From a virus (taxonomy: Duplodnaviria; Caudoviricetes), in IMG/VR virus record IMGVR_UViG_3300044724_007653, positions 1 to 53,743 of that record: 53,743 nucleotides of DNA. The stretch is one strand, 5' to 3'. This document shows, in pieces, positions 1 to 7,978 of this stretch; positions within the stretch are counted from its first letter, which is position 1, and each line of letters begins with the position of its first letter. The notes under the pieces are model-generated. The model did no database searches and was not told the DNA's origin. It saw only the letters and a program-made list of their open reading frames with translations. Both the position numbers and the translations under genes were made by a program.

Positions 1-2
1 GG

Positions 3-464
3 GATATAAGTACTATAAGTCACAATCAAAATTTTTCCGTAGCCTCGCAAGAAACTTCTCCCGCAGGCGTTTGCTTTAAAGATGACGGTACAACAATGTA
101 CGTTACTGGAATTGATTCAGATAATGTATTAGAGTATTCATTAAGTACAGCCTGGGATGTTAGCACTGCTAGTTATTCTCAAGCGTTTTATGTCGGCACA
201 CAAGAATCGCAGCCTAGAGGAATTGTCTTTAAACCAGATGGCACTAAGATGTATATCGCCGGAGCAAATGGTGATGAAGTTAATGAATATGATCTTAGTA
301 CGGCTTGGGATATTAGCACTGCTAGTTTTAATCAATACTATAAAGATTACACGGTTCCAGAGGGTGTTGTAACAGATGTGTTTTTTAAACCAGATGGCAC
401 AGCGTATTGGATAACGGGCAGATCGTGGGATCGAGTCTACCAATACAGAATACGGAGTAGCTAA
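3..464 (+). CDS. 5'-truncated beta-propeller repeat protein (tail fibre/adhesin-like), C-terminal part
   Basis: Frame is open from position 3 (DISTISHNQNFSVASQETSPAGVCFKDDGTTMY...), so the true start lies upstream of the window. Tandem blades of the form WD(V/I)STAS...F.PDGT.MY. Followed by a fibre chaperone gene. Confidence 0.65.
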   Translation, partial: DISTISHNQNFSVASQETSPAGVCFKDDGTTMYVTGIDSDNVLEYSLSTAWDVSTASYSQAFYVGTQESQPRGIVFKPDGTKMYIAGANGDEVNEYDLSTAWDISTASFNQYYKDYTVPEGVVTDVFFKPDGTAYWITGRSWDRVYQYRIRSS

Positions 465-466
465 TA

Positions 467-922
467 ATGTATGTTAAAGTAGAAAATAATGAAATAGTTC
501 AGTATCCGTATAGCATTGAGCAGTTTCGTGCTAATAATCCAACTATTTCGTTTCCCGCAGAAATATCAAGCGACTTGCTAGCAAGTTATGGCGTTTATCC
601 TGTTAGCAATGACCCCATCCCTGACTATAATCTCACTACTCAACGAGTAGAAAAGTCAACTACGCCCGTGCTTAGGGAAGGCAAATGGGTAATAACAAAA
701 TCTGTTGTTGAGTTAACCGCAGACCAAATCGTATCGCGTGAAATCACCGCAGGAAAAACAGTAAGGGAAGCAAGAAATAAGCTATTACAAGAGACAGACT
801 GGTGTGCGTGCAGTGATGTAACAATGTCTGCTGAAATGGCTACTTATAGACAAGCACTACGAGATGTGCCAGCGCAGGAAGGCTTTCCTTACAATATAAC
901 TTGGCCTACTAAACCTGCTTAG
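467..922 (+). CDS. phage tail (fibre) assembly chaperone
   Basis: C-terminal R..RN.LL.ETDW...D......YRQALRDVP.QEGFP..I.WPTKP signature of phage tail assembly chaperones. Confidence 0.8.
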   Translation: MYVKVENNEIVQYPYSIEQFRANNPTISFPAEISSDLLASYGVYPVSNDPIPDYNLTTQRVEKSTTPVLREGKWVITKSVVELTADQIVSREITAGKTVREARNKLLQETDWCACSDVTMSAEMATYRQALRDVPAQEGFPYNITWPTKPA

Positions 923-931
923 AGATATTAA

Positions 932-1117
932 ATGCCTGCTCGAAAGCGAAAATCGGTAAAAAGAAAAAAACCAGTTCCAACAAATAAAAGACTTTACGCA
1001 AACGTAAAGGCTGAAGCAAAGCGAAGGTTTAAAGTGTATCCTTCTGCTTATGCAAATGGGTGGCTTGTAAAAACTTACAAGGCACGAGGCGGTAAATACC
1101 GAATGGGAACTAAATAA
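932..1117 (+). CDS. small very basic protein (DUF5872-like), 61 aa
   Basis: 21 of 61 residues K/R. Motif LYANVKAEAKRRFKVYPSAYANGWLVKTYKARGGKY recalled from a basic viral protein family. Confidence 0.7.
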   Translation: MPARKRKSVKRKKPVPTNKRLYANVKAEAKRRFKVYPSAYANGWLVKTYKARGGKYRMGTK

Positions 1118-1203
1118 TGAATTTAGTAAAATATCACGATGGCAAACCTTGTGGTTCAAAACGTAAACCAAAAAAGCGCGGAAAAAAGCGAAGGGGAAAA
1201 TAA
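1117..1203 (+). CDS. basic microprotein, 28 aa (MNLVKYHDGKPCGSKRKPKKRGKKRRGK)
   Basis: Below the ORF-track cutoff. TAATG stop/start overlaps at both ends (1115-1119 and 1201-1205). 13 of 28 residues K/R. Confidence 0.6.
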   Translation: MNLVKYHDGKPCGSKRKPKKRGKKRRGK

Positions 1204-1289
1204 TGGAATTCATATTCGGAGTTATAGTAGGTGCAGCGGGTTACTGGGCATGGGAAAAGTTTGGACGTTCAATGCTTTCAAAGGATTAA
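1203..1289 (+). CDS. single-pass membrane microprotein, 28 aa (MEFIFGVIVGAAGYWAWEKFGRSMLSKD)
   Basis: TAATG overlaps at both ends. AGGGG upstream as a Shine-Dalgarno. Hydrophobic helix with GxxxG and an aromatic belt. Confidence 0.6.
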   Translation: MEFIFGVIVGAAGYWAWEKFGRSMLSKD

Positions 1290-1480
1290 TGGAGGTTTCC
1301 CCAGTTCATTATACTGTACCAACAACTTATACTCATAGAGATATAGTATATAGAGTATTTGATGGTACAATACCCGGAACCAAAAAAGTTTTAGCATATG
1401 TCTATGATACTACGGTATATGATCGTAGCGGACATTTGAAAACAAGCACAGCCGTTCATACGGTTGAATATACAGCATAA
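1289..1480 (+). CDS. hypothetical protein, 63 aa
   Basis: 3' part of ORF 1139..1480. Start reassigned to ATG 1289 (TAATG overlap, AAGGA upstream). Confidence 0.55.
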   Translation: MEVSPVHYTVPTTYTHRDIVYRVFDGTIPGTKKVLAYVYDTTVYDRSGHLKTSTAVHTVEYTA

Positions 1481-1482
1481 TT

Positions 1483-1770
1483 ATGGCGAAACCGAAAGGA
1501 GGGCTTACCAAGTGGTTTAAAGAAAAATGGGTAGATATTTCTCGTCCCAAAAAGGGCGGCGGATATATGCCTTGTGGCCGTAAGAAAGCTTCGAGTAAGA
1601 AGTACCCAAAGTGCGTTCCAGCTTCAAAAGCTGCTCGTATGACAGCAGCCCAAAAAAAGTCTGCTATTTCTAGAAAGAGAAAAGCAGGTAACCCAGGAGG
1701 CAAGCCAACTATGGTGAAAACTTTCACAAAGTCTAAAAGGAGAATGAAGCGTGCCCGTAAAAAAGGTTAA
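1483..1770 (+). CDS. very basic protein (DUF5872-like), 95 aa
   Basis: GGLTKWFKEKWVDI...PCGRK...YPKCVP motif, Lys/Arg-rich. Confidence 0.7.
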   Translation: MAKPKGGLTKWFKEKWVDISRPKKGGGYMPCGRKKASSKKYPKCVPASKAARMTAAQKKSAISRKRKAGNPGGKPTMVKTFTKSKRRMKRARKKG

Positions 1771-1894
1771 AGGAGGGTATCGCTGGGGTAAGTCTGGAAA
1801 GACTTATAAAACTCGTAAAGCTGCTTTGAAGCAAGCCAGAGCAATTTATGCTTCTGGATATGGAAAGAAACGTGGCCGTAAAAAGAAGAGGTAA
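1751..1894 (+). CDS. basic microprotein, 47 aa (MPVKKVKGGYRWGKSGKTYKTRKAALKQARAIYASGYGKKRGRKKKR)
   Basis: GTG at 1751 with AAGGAGA about 8 nt upstream; TAA at 1892-1894. 19 of 47 residues K/R, no D/E. Not in the ORF track. Confidence 0.65.
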   Translation: MPVKKVKGGYRWGKSGKTYKTRKAALKQARAIYASGYGKKRGRKKKR

Positions 1895-2174
1895 AAAGAA
1901 GCATCCAGCTTTAAAACGAGCAAAGGTAGCGGGGTTTAATAAACCAAAACGAACTCCGGGACACCCGAAAAAATCGCACATTGTTGTGGCAAAAGTTGGT
2001 ACCAAGATTAAAACTATTCGATTTGGACAACAAGGAGTATCTGGCTCTCCAAAGAAAAAGGGCGAAAGTAAAGCATATGCTGCTCGTCGTCGTTCCTTTA
2101 AAGCTCGTCATGCAAAGAATATTGCAAAGGGCAAGATGTCCGCAGCATATTGGGCAGATAAGGTGAAGTGGTAA
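1872..2174 (+). CDS. very basic protein (KTIRFGQQG...RRSFKARH...SAAYWA family)
   Basis: ORF 1848..2174, probable GTG start at 1872. Motif recalled from small basic proteins of phages and large DNA viruses. Confidence 0.7.
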   Translation: MAVKRRGKKKHPALKRAKVAGFNKPKRTPGHPKKSHIVVAKVGTKIKTIRFGQQGVSGSPKKKGESKAYAARRRSFKARHAKNIAKGKMSAAYWADKVKW

Positions 2175-2506
2175 TGAGTGAAGAAGAAATTAAAAAACCT
2201 AGCAACTTTCATCCGGCAGATTCAAATGGAGATGGCAAGGTAGATCCAGAAGAGCATGCAATGTATATGGAATTTAAGAGAAAAGAGCTTGAAGATGCGG
2301 ATGCAATGCGAGATGCTCAAAGAAATATGACTTGGTTTGCTCTGTTTGGAATGTTGATGTACCCTGGAATGGTTGTTGTAACTGATTTTATTGAACTTGA
2401 TAAAGCCGCAGCAATTCTTGGAGATATGGCTCCCACATATTTCGTGGCCGTAGCGGGGTTAGTAGCAGCCTTTTTTGGTGCTCAAGCCTGGAGTGGTAAG
2501 AAATGA
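2174..2506 (+). CDS. EF-hand plus two-TM membrane protein (holin-like candidate)
   Basis: Canonical 12-residue EF-hand loop DSNGDGKVDPEE, two hydrophobic helices, basic C-terminus. TAATG-coupled start at 2174. Confidence 0.6.
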   Translation: MSEEEIKKPSNFHPADSNGDGKVDPEEHAMYMEFKRKELEDADAMRDAQRNMTWFALFGMLMYPGMVVVTDFIELDKAAAILGDMAPTYFVAVAGLVAAFFGAQAWSGKK

Positions 2507-2679
2507 TAAGTTTTATTTTAACAGTATTTGAAGTGTTATACGCACTTCCCATAATTTGCTGTGTTTGTTCTGCAATCGCAGCGACTACGCCCACACCCGT
2601 AGATGATAAATTGTGGGCAAAGTTTTACAAAGTAATTGATGTACTCGCACTGAATATAGGAAAAGCAAAAGAAAAATAA
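2503..2679 (+). CDS. small membrane protein, 58 aa (holin-like candidate)
   Basis: ATGA overlap. MISFILTVFEVLYALPIICCVCSAIAATTPTPVDDKLWAKFYKVIDVLALNIGKAKEK. Ends 2 nt before terL. Not in the ORF track. Confidence 0.65.
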   Translation: MISFILTVFEVLYALPIICCVCSAIAATTPTPVDDKLWAKFYKVIDVLALNIGKAKEK

Positions 2680-2681
2680 TT

Positions 2682-3986
2682 ATGGCTGTAGAAATTAGTA
2701 GGAGAGACTTGGTCTCCCAGCATATTGTCGATTTTCAATCTGAGACGAGGTTTCTCAAACTTCCAGTAGATCCATACTTGGATTTGCTCGGCGTAACACC
2801 TCTTCCGTCTCAAATGGCGATCATAAATGCGATAAATAATAACAAGTATCGCTTTGTCACTGCAGCAATATCGCGGCGTCAAGGTAAGACATATATCGCA
2901 AATATTATTGGACAATTAGTATCGTTAGTCCCTGGTTCACATATTCTAATAATGTCACCAAACTACGCCTTGTCTCAGATTTCTTTCGACTTACAACGAC
3001 AACTTATTAAGCACTTTGACTTAGAAGTTGCAAAAGATAACGCAAAAGATAAAGTAATTGAGTTGACTAATGGGTCTACAATAAGAATGGGGTCTATTAA
3101 TCAGGTCGATTCCTGTGTAGGTCGTTCATATGACCTTATTATTTTTGACGAAGCAGCTTTAGCAGATGGAAAAGAAGCTTTTAATGTCGCATTACGTCCT
3201 ACTTTGGACAAAGATAACTCAAAAGCACTGTTTATTTCGACTCCACGAGGAAAAAATAACTGGTTTGCAGAGTTTTTTAACAGAGGATTTACAGATGAAT
3301 TTCCAGAATGGGCTTCGATACGAGCAACTTATAAGGATAATCCGCGCATGTCTGAAACTGATATCTCGGAAGCTAGAAAAAGTATGTCCGAAGCCGAATT
3401 TCGTCAGGAATACGAAGCAGATTTCAATACCTACGAAGGACAAATTTGGAACTTTAATCACGAAGAATGCATTGAAAATCTGGAAGAACTCGACACCTCG
3501 AAAATGGATATATTTTCAGGCCTTGATGTGGGGTATCGCGATCCCACCGCTTTTTGCGTCATAGGGTATGACTGGGATTCGGAAAAATATTACTTACTGG
3601 ATGAATATTTAGATGCAGAAAAAACTACAGAACAACATGCCGCAGAAATACGAAGACTTGTGGAAAAGTGGGATATTGATTATATCTACATTGATTCAGC
3701 AGCTCAGCAAACTCGGTTTGACTTTGCTCAAAATTATGATATATCCACCATTAATGCCAAAAAGTCTGTTCTGGACGGCATCGCTCATGTGGCTGCTATT
3801 GTTGACAATAATAATCTTCTCGTAGACCAGAGATGCAAAGAAAGTTTAGCAGCACTTGACCAGTATCAGTGGGATCCAAATCCAAATTTAGCACGAGAAA
3901 AACCAAAACATAATATGGCATCACATATGGCGGATGCGTTGCGATACGCAATGTATTCATTTGAGACGTCTTCTACAGGCTTCTGA
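2682..3986 (+). CDS. terL: terminase large subunit (T5-like)
   Basis: Walker A SRRQGKT, Walker B LIIFDEAA, coupling motif ISTPRG, RNase H-like GLDVGYRD and HMADALRY. Confidence 0.95.
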   Translation: MAVEISRRDLVSQHIVDFQSETRFLKLPVDPYLDLLGVTPLPSQMAIINAINNNKYRFVTAAISRRQGKTYIANIIGQLVSLVPGSHILIMSPNYALSQISFDLQRQLIKHFDLEVAKDNAKDKVIELTNGSTIRMGSINQVDSCVGRSYDLIIFDEAALADGKEAFNVALRPTLDKDNSKALFISTPRGKNNWFAEFFNRGFTDEFPEWASIRATYKDNPRMSETDISEARKSMSEAEFRQEYEADFNTYEGQIWNFNHEECIENLEELDTSKMDIFSGLDVGYRDPTAFCVIGYDWDSEKYYLLDEYLDAEKTTEQHAAEIRRLVEKWDIDYIYIDSAAQQTRFDFAQNYDISTINAKKSVLDGIAHVAAIVDNNNLLVDQRCKESLAALDQYQWDPNPNLAREKPKHNMASHMADALRYAMYSFETSSTGF

Positions 3987-4008
3987 AGGGACCACAGAAA
4001 AATAGTAG

Positions 4009-4037
4009 TTGACAATTTAGTTCCCTCACGATATAAT
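4009..4037 (+). promoter_or_regulatory. sigma70-type promoter (late strand)
   Basis: TTGACA-17 nt-TATAAT with an upstream A-tract. Confidence 0.85.
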
Positions 4038-4066
4038 TTCGTTAATAAAAAGTAGTAGATTTAAAG

Positions 4067-4432
4067 ATGACAGAGCTAAAACGAGACCCCGTAAAGTATA
4101 TTCGGGATAAGGCAAAAGCCAGGTACGAAAAAGGAACAGAGTGCTATATCTGTGGAACTGATGCCGAACTCGACTTTCATCACTATTACAGCTTGAGTCC
4201 GTTACTTCAAAAGTGGGTCAAAGAGAAAGGCTACTTTATAGAGGACATTCGGAACTTTAGGGATGAGTTTATAAATGAGCATATTGAAGAACTGTACGAA
4301 GAAACTGTCACCATATGCCATGCGCACCACTTAAAATTACATTCTATTTACGGGCGAAACCCAACATTACATTCAGCGCCTAAACAAAAACGTTGGGTAG
4401 AGATACAAAGAGGAAAGCATGGCTTGGTATAA
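4067..4432 (+). CDS. HNH-type nicking endonuclease (T5-like)
   Basis: CYICG...FHH...TICHAHHLKLH motifs; lies between terL and portal as in T5. Confidence 0.8.
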   Translation: MTELKRDPVKYIRDKAKARYEKGTECYICGTDAELDFHHYYSLSPLLQKWVKEKGYFIEDIRNFRDEFINEHIEELYEETVTICHAHHLKLHSIYGRNPTLHSAPKQKRWVEIQRGKHGLV

Positions 4433-5612
4433 CTTCTGGAAAGATGAAAGTGTAGAGGAGAAACTAAATCCCGCACAGCCATACTTTGACCATAAGATTG
4501 AAGCTCCTCGTGAAAAGCACGTTAACTATGAACGGGCTTACGAAGACTTAGAGATTGTAAATCGCGGCGTTAACATGATTGTTGACGACTGTGCAGAGAT
4601 TGATGCAAAAGTTGGTGCACAACTTAATATAACAAGTGTCATTAAAAATATTAAAAGATCGCGTGTTAATCTTTTATTGAATAAAGAACCCAATCTTTTT
4701 CAAGATATTAGCACCTTTCGACGTAATTTAATTACTGATTACTTACTTGATGGAAATATTTTTATTTATTTTGACGGAGTACATCTCTATCATCTCCCAG
4801 CGAGTAAAATGCACATTCATGCAAGTGAAACTACTTATATTGAGAAGTTTACTTACAATGAAACAATTAATTACTCTCCTAATGAGATTATTCATGTAAA
4901 AGAAAATTCTTTTTACTCAATCTATAGAGGAGTATCAAGATTGAAGCCTGCACTTCGTACTATGGTTCTTATGAAAAATATGCGAGAGTTTCAGGATAAC
5001 TTTTTTAAGAACGGAGCAGTTCCAGGTCTTGTACTCAAATCACCAAATACTCTTTCAGAAAAAATCAAAGAGCGAATGATTCAGTCTTGGACTGCAAGAT
5101 ATCGTCCAGATGCGGGAGGCCGTAGACCTCTTATTCTTGACGGCGGAATTGAAGTGGACAGTATTTCAAATGTCAACTTTAAAGAGCTTGACTTTCAATC
5201 CGCAATTACAGAAAACGAAAAAATTATTTTAAAGTCGTTGGGTATTCCACCTATTCTTTTAGATTCTGGAAACAATGCGAACCTTCGACCAAATATGCGA
5301 CTTTACTACTTGGAGACAATTCTTCCAATAGTAAGAAAACTAAATTTTGCTTTAGAAAGGTTTTTTGGGTTTGAAATTATTGAAGATGCCACCAATATTC
5401 CTGCGCTACAGCCGGAGTTAAGAGACCAAGCACAGTACTACTCTGCTCTAGTGAATACAGGAATTATTACCCCAAATGAAGCAAGAGAAGCAATTAATTT
5501 TGCCCCTATTGAAGGATTCGACGATCTGCGAGTACCTGCAAATATTGCAGGAAGTGCAGTAAATCCAGATGAAGGCGGTAGGCCCACAGAAGAAGGAGAA
5601 AATAATGGCTAG
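4419..5612 (+). CDS. portal protein (HK97/T5 pb7-like)
   Basis: LLDGN, EIIH, FFKNGAVPG, LGIPP.LL, GIITPNEARE motifs. Confidence 0.95.
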   Translation: MAWYNFWKDESVEEKLNPAQPYFDHKIEAPREKHVNYERAYEDLEIVNRGVNMIVDDCAEIDAKVGAQLNITSVIKNIKRSRVNLLLNKEPNLFQDISTFRRNLITDYLLDGNIFIYFDGVHLYHLPASKMHIHASETTYIEKFTYNETINYSPNEIIHVKENSFYSIYRGVSRLKPALRTMVLMKNMREFQDNFFKNGAVPGLVLKSPNTLSEKIKERMIQSWTARYRPDAGGRRPLILDGGIEVDSISNVNFKELDFQSAITENEKIILKSLGIPPILLDSGNNANLRPNMRLYYLETILPIVRKLNFALERFFGFEIIEDATNIPALQPELRDQAQYYSALVNTGIITPNEAREAINFAPIEGFDDLRVPANIAGSAVNPDEGGRPTEEGENNG

Positions 5613-5928
5613 AGCACGGGCTCGAATGGCAGTGTTGCAAGATATTGCAATGCATATGCTTGAAGTAGGTCATGTAATGACTAGACATGAATGGGAAAAA
5701 GATTCAAATGTTCCAGTTAGAATTGGACTTATTTTTAATCTTTTTGGTAACTGGCCTCGAATGATAGGTATTCTTGAAAATGAGATGCCTGATGCTTGGA
5801 AGCAGATTAACACCCCTAAGCAAGCTCCGAAGCCAAAAACTGACCCAAAGCCCAAGGTGGCCCCCAAAAAGGATCCGCTTGAAGCTTTGAGCAAGGCTGC
5901 TCCGGCAGACACTAAGAGTGAAGACTGA
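5605..5928 (+). CDS. hypothetical protein with Pro/Lys-rich tail
   Basis: AAGGAG Shine-Dalgarno before ATG 5605 within ORF 5569..5928. Occupies the portal-protease interval. Confidence 0.65.
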   Translation: MARARARMAVLQDIAMHMLEVGHVMTRHEWEKDSNVPVRIGLIFNLFGNWPRMIGILENEMPDAWKQINTPKQAPKPKTDPKPKVAPKKDPLEALSKAAPADTKSED

Positions 5929-7919
5929 TGGAAAAGATTTTTAATCTTACCTCCACCTTTAAAGCACTAGACGAGGATGATGGAAGCGTTCATATCTGCG
6001 GTATGGCAAGTACACATGATGAGGATCGTGCAAATGATGTTATTATGGCAGAAGCTTGGACAAAAGGTGGACTTCGCAATTTTGAAAAGAACCCTATTAT
6101 TCTTTTCAATCATGATTATAATAAGCCTATTGGTAGAGCCACAGGACTTAAAGTCACTGATAGTGGACTTGAACTAAAGGCAAAAATTTCTAAATCTGCG
6201 CCAGATTCTGTGGCACAGTTAGTAAAAGAAGGCATTCTTGGAGCTTTTTCTGTTGGTTTCCGAGTCAAGGATGCTGATTACCTAGCGGAAACTGACGGTT
6301 TAAAGATTAAGGATGCTGAGTTGTTTGAAGTATCGGTTGTATCGGTACCTTGCAATCAAGCAGCAACTTTTTCTCTGGCGAAGTCATTTGACTCTATGGA
6401 AGAGTATAATGAGTTCAAGAAAACTTTCACCAATCGTGTAGATCTAGCCGGTCAGTCTCTGGCTAAGGACGAAAAATCATCGTTAGCTAGTGACACACCG
6501 GACGAAGCGGAAAAATCCGCGAGAGAGGAGATCAAAATGTCGGAAGAAGTAAAAACTCCCGAAATCGACTTGGAAGCTTTTGCGAAGAAAGTAGCAGAGG
6601 AGACTGCTGCTAAGATCGCAATGAAGCAAGCTGAGTCAAAGGCTGCCGAAGAAAAGGCCGCCCAAGAAGCTGCTGAGAAAGCTCAGGTAGAAGCCGAAGC
6701 TAAAGCTCAGCAAGAAGAAGAAGTTAAGACAGCTATTAAGACAGGTATCGAGTCAGGTGCTGACCGTCTGTTGGCTGATGTGCAAGCAGATCTGAACAAG
6801 CGTAATGCTGATATGGAAGAGACCCTTGCCAAGTATAAGCGTGAGCTCGAAGAGAAGTCAGAAGAAATCTCTAAAATGCGTGATTCAAAGCGTGTATTCG
6901 CTGACCGCGTTGAAAAGTCTGACATCAGTAAGTGGGGTCGTGACTTTTTGACCGCTCATATGCTGGGTGTAATGACTCGTAAGGGTTGGAACACTGATTT
7001 TGCTCAGGACCTGCAGCAGAAGGCTGGCGTAAACTACGCTGCTAACGCTGCTGACATCGACCAGGAAGTTTCTTCTCTGATCGAAAAGGAAATCATGCAT
7101 GAGCTGAAAGTAGCTCGACTGTTCCGTGAGATTCCTGTCAATGGTGGTGCAACTGTACTGCCGATCCAAACTGACGCAGGCAAAGCTGCTTGGGCAACCG
7201 CAGCTACCAGCGGTAACTTGGAGAACCGTCCTCAGGTAACTGCTAACCAGTATAACGCTAAGCAAGTAGTACTTAATGCTTATCGTCTGGTTTCTAGCAC
7301 CTTTATGGACAATGACGTAGACGAGCAGGTACTCATCAACTTGATGCCTATGCTGATCGAATCAGTAGCTCGTGCTCATGGTCGTGCAGTAGAAGACGTT
7401 ATCCTAAATGGTAACGGTACTATCTCTGGTCTCGACAACTATGCAGCTACGCATGCTACTACCCTGTCAATCGGTTCTTCAACTCGACTGACTTCAGGCG
7501 TACTGCTGGCAGCTCGCGAAGACATGGGTAAGTATGGTCTGAACCCTGCTGATATGGCTTTCGTTGTTAGCCAGAATAGCTACTTTGACCTGTTGAATGA
7601 TGCTAACTTCCAGACTCTGGATGAAGTTGGTTCTGATTTGGCAGCACGAGTAGTGGGCACTATCGGTGCAGTTTACGGTACTCCCGTAGTTGTATCTGAA
7701 GAGTTCCCGTCAGAAGCTGCAGGCGCTCCGGCTGCTTTCGCAGTTAATACCCGTAACTACGTTACTCCTCGACTCCGAGGTGTATCAGTTGAGCAAGACT
7801 ACGAAGTCATGAACCAGCGTCGTGTAATCGTAGCTTCTCAGTCACTTGGCTTCGAAGAAATTCTGCCTGGTGATGGTGCAGGTAACGAGCCTTCTGTTAA
7901 GATCGATTTCGCAGCTTAA
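5928..7919 (+). CDS. prohead protease-scaffold-major capsid protein fusion (HK97 fold); probable internal capsid start at 6537
   Basis: N-terminal HK97 protease motifs (ILFNHD, FSVGF, LFEVSVVSVPCN), a coiled-coil Ala/Glu/Lys delta domain, then a T5 pb8-like capsid domain. No stop codon between them. Confidence 0.9.
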   Translation: MEKIFNLTSTFKALDEDDGSVHICGMASTHDEDRANDVIMAEAWTKGGLRNFEKNPIILFNHDYNKPIGRATGLKVTDSGLELKAKISKSAPDSVAQLVKEGILGAFSVGFRVKDADYLAETDGLKIKDAELFEVSVVSVPCNQAATFSLAKSFDSMEEYNEFKKTFTNRVDLAGQSLAKDEKSSLASDTPDEAEKSAREEIKMSEEVKTPEIDLEAFAKKVAEETAAKIAMKQAESKAAEEKAAQEAAEKAQVEAEAKAQQEEEVKTAIKTGIESGADRLLADVQADLNKRNADMEETLAKYKRELEEKSEEISKMRDSKRVFADRVEKSDISKWGRDFLTAHMLGVMTRKGWNTDFAQDLQQKAGVNYAANAADIDQEVSSLIEKEIMHELKVARLFREIPVNGGATVLPIQTDAGKAAWATAATSGNLENRPQVTANQYNAKQVVLNAYRLVSSTFMDNDVDEQVLINLMPMLIESVARAHGRAVEDVILNGNGTISGLDNYAATHATTLSIGSSTRLTSGVLLAAREDMGKYGLNPADMAFVVSQNSYFDLLNDANFQTLDEVGSDLAARVVGTIGAVYGTPVVVSEEFPSEAAGAPAAFAVNTRNYVTPRLRGVSVEQDYEVMNQRRVIVASQSLGFEEILPGDGAGNEPSVKIDFAA

Positions 7920-7935
7920 TAGAAACGCTTTTTAT

Positions 7936-7967
7936 AAACTGGGGAGGGTTTCCTCCCCAAGTTTTTA
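7936..7967 (+). terminator. intrinsic terminator after the capsid gene
   Basis: GGGGAGG-gttt-CCTCCCC stem followed by aagTTTTT. Confidence 0.8.
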
Positions 7968-7978
7968 TTAATTGACTT

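Noticed and set aside
1-410. Nucleotide repeats (TGGGAT.TTAGCACTGCTAGTT, TTTAAACCAGATGGCAC) as a CRISPR array or DGR template/variable repeat
   Set aside because: They are in-frame copies of propeller blades within one CDS. There is no spacer structure, no adenine-specific variation pattern, and no reverse transcriptase or cas gene in the window.
1139-1288. N-terminal half of track ORF 1139..1480
   Set aside because: Better explained by two TAATG-coupled microproteins in other frames and a start at 1289.
4067-4432. HNH gene as a mobile homing endonuclease
   Set aside because: Its position between terL and portal matches the conserved T5 nicking/packaging-associated endonuclease, and no interrupted gene or intron flanks it.
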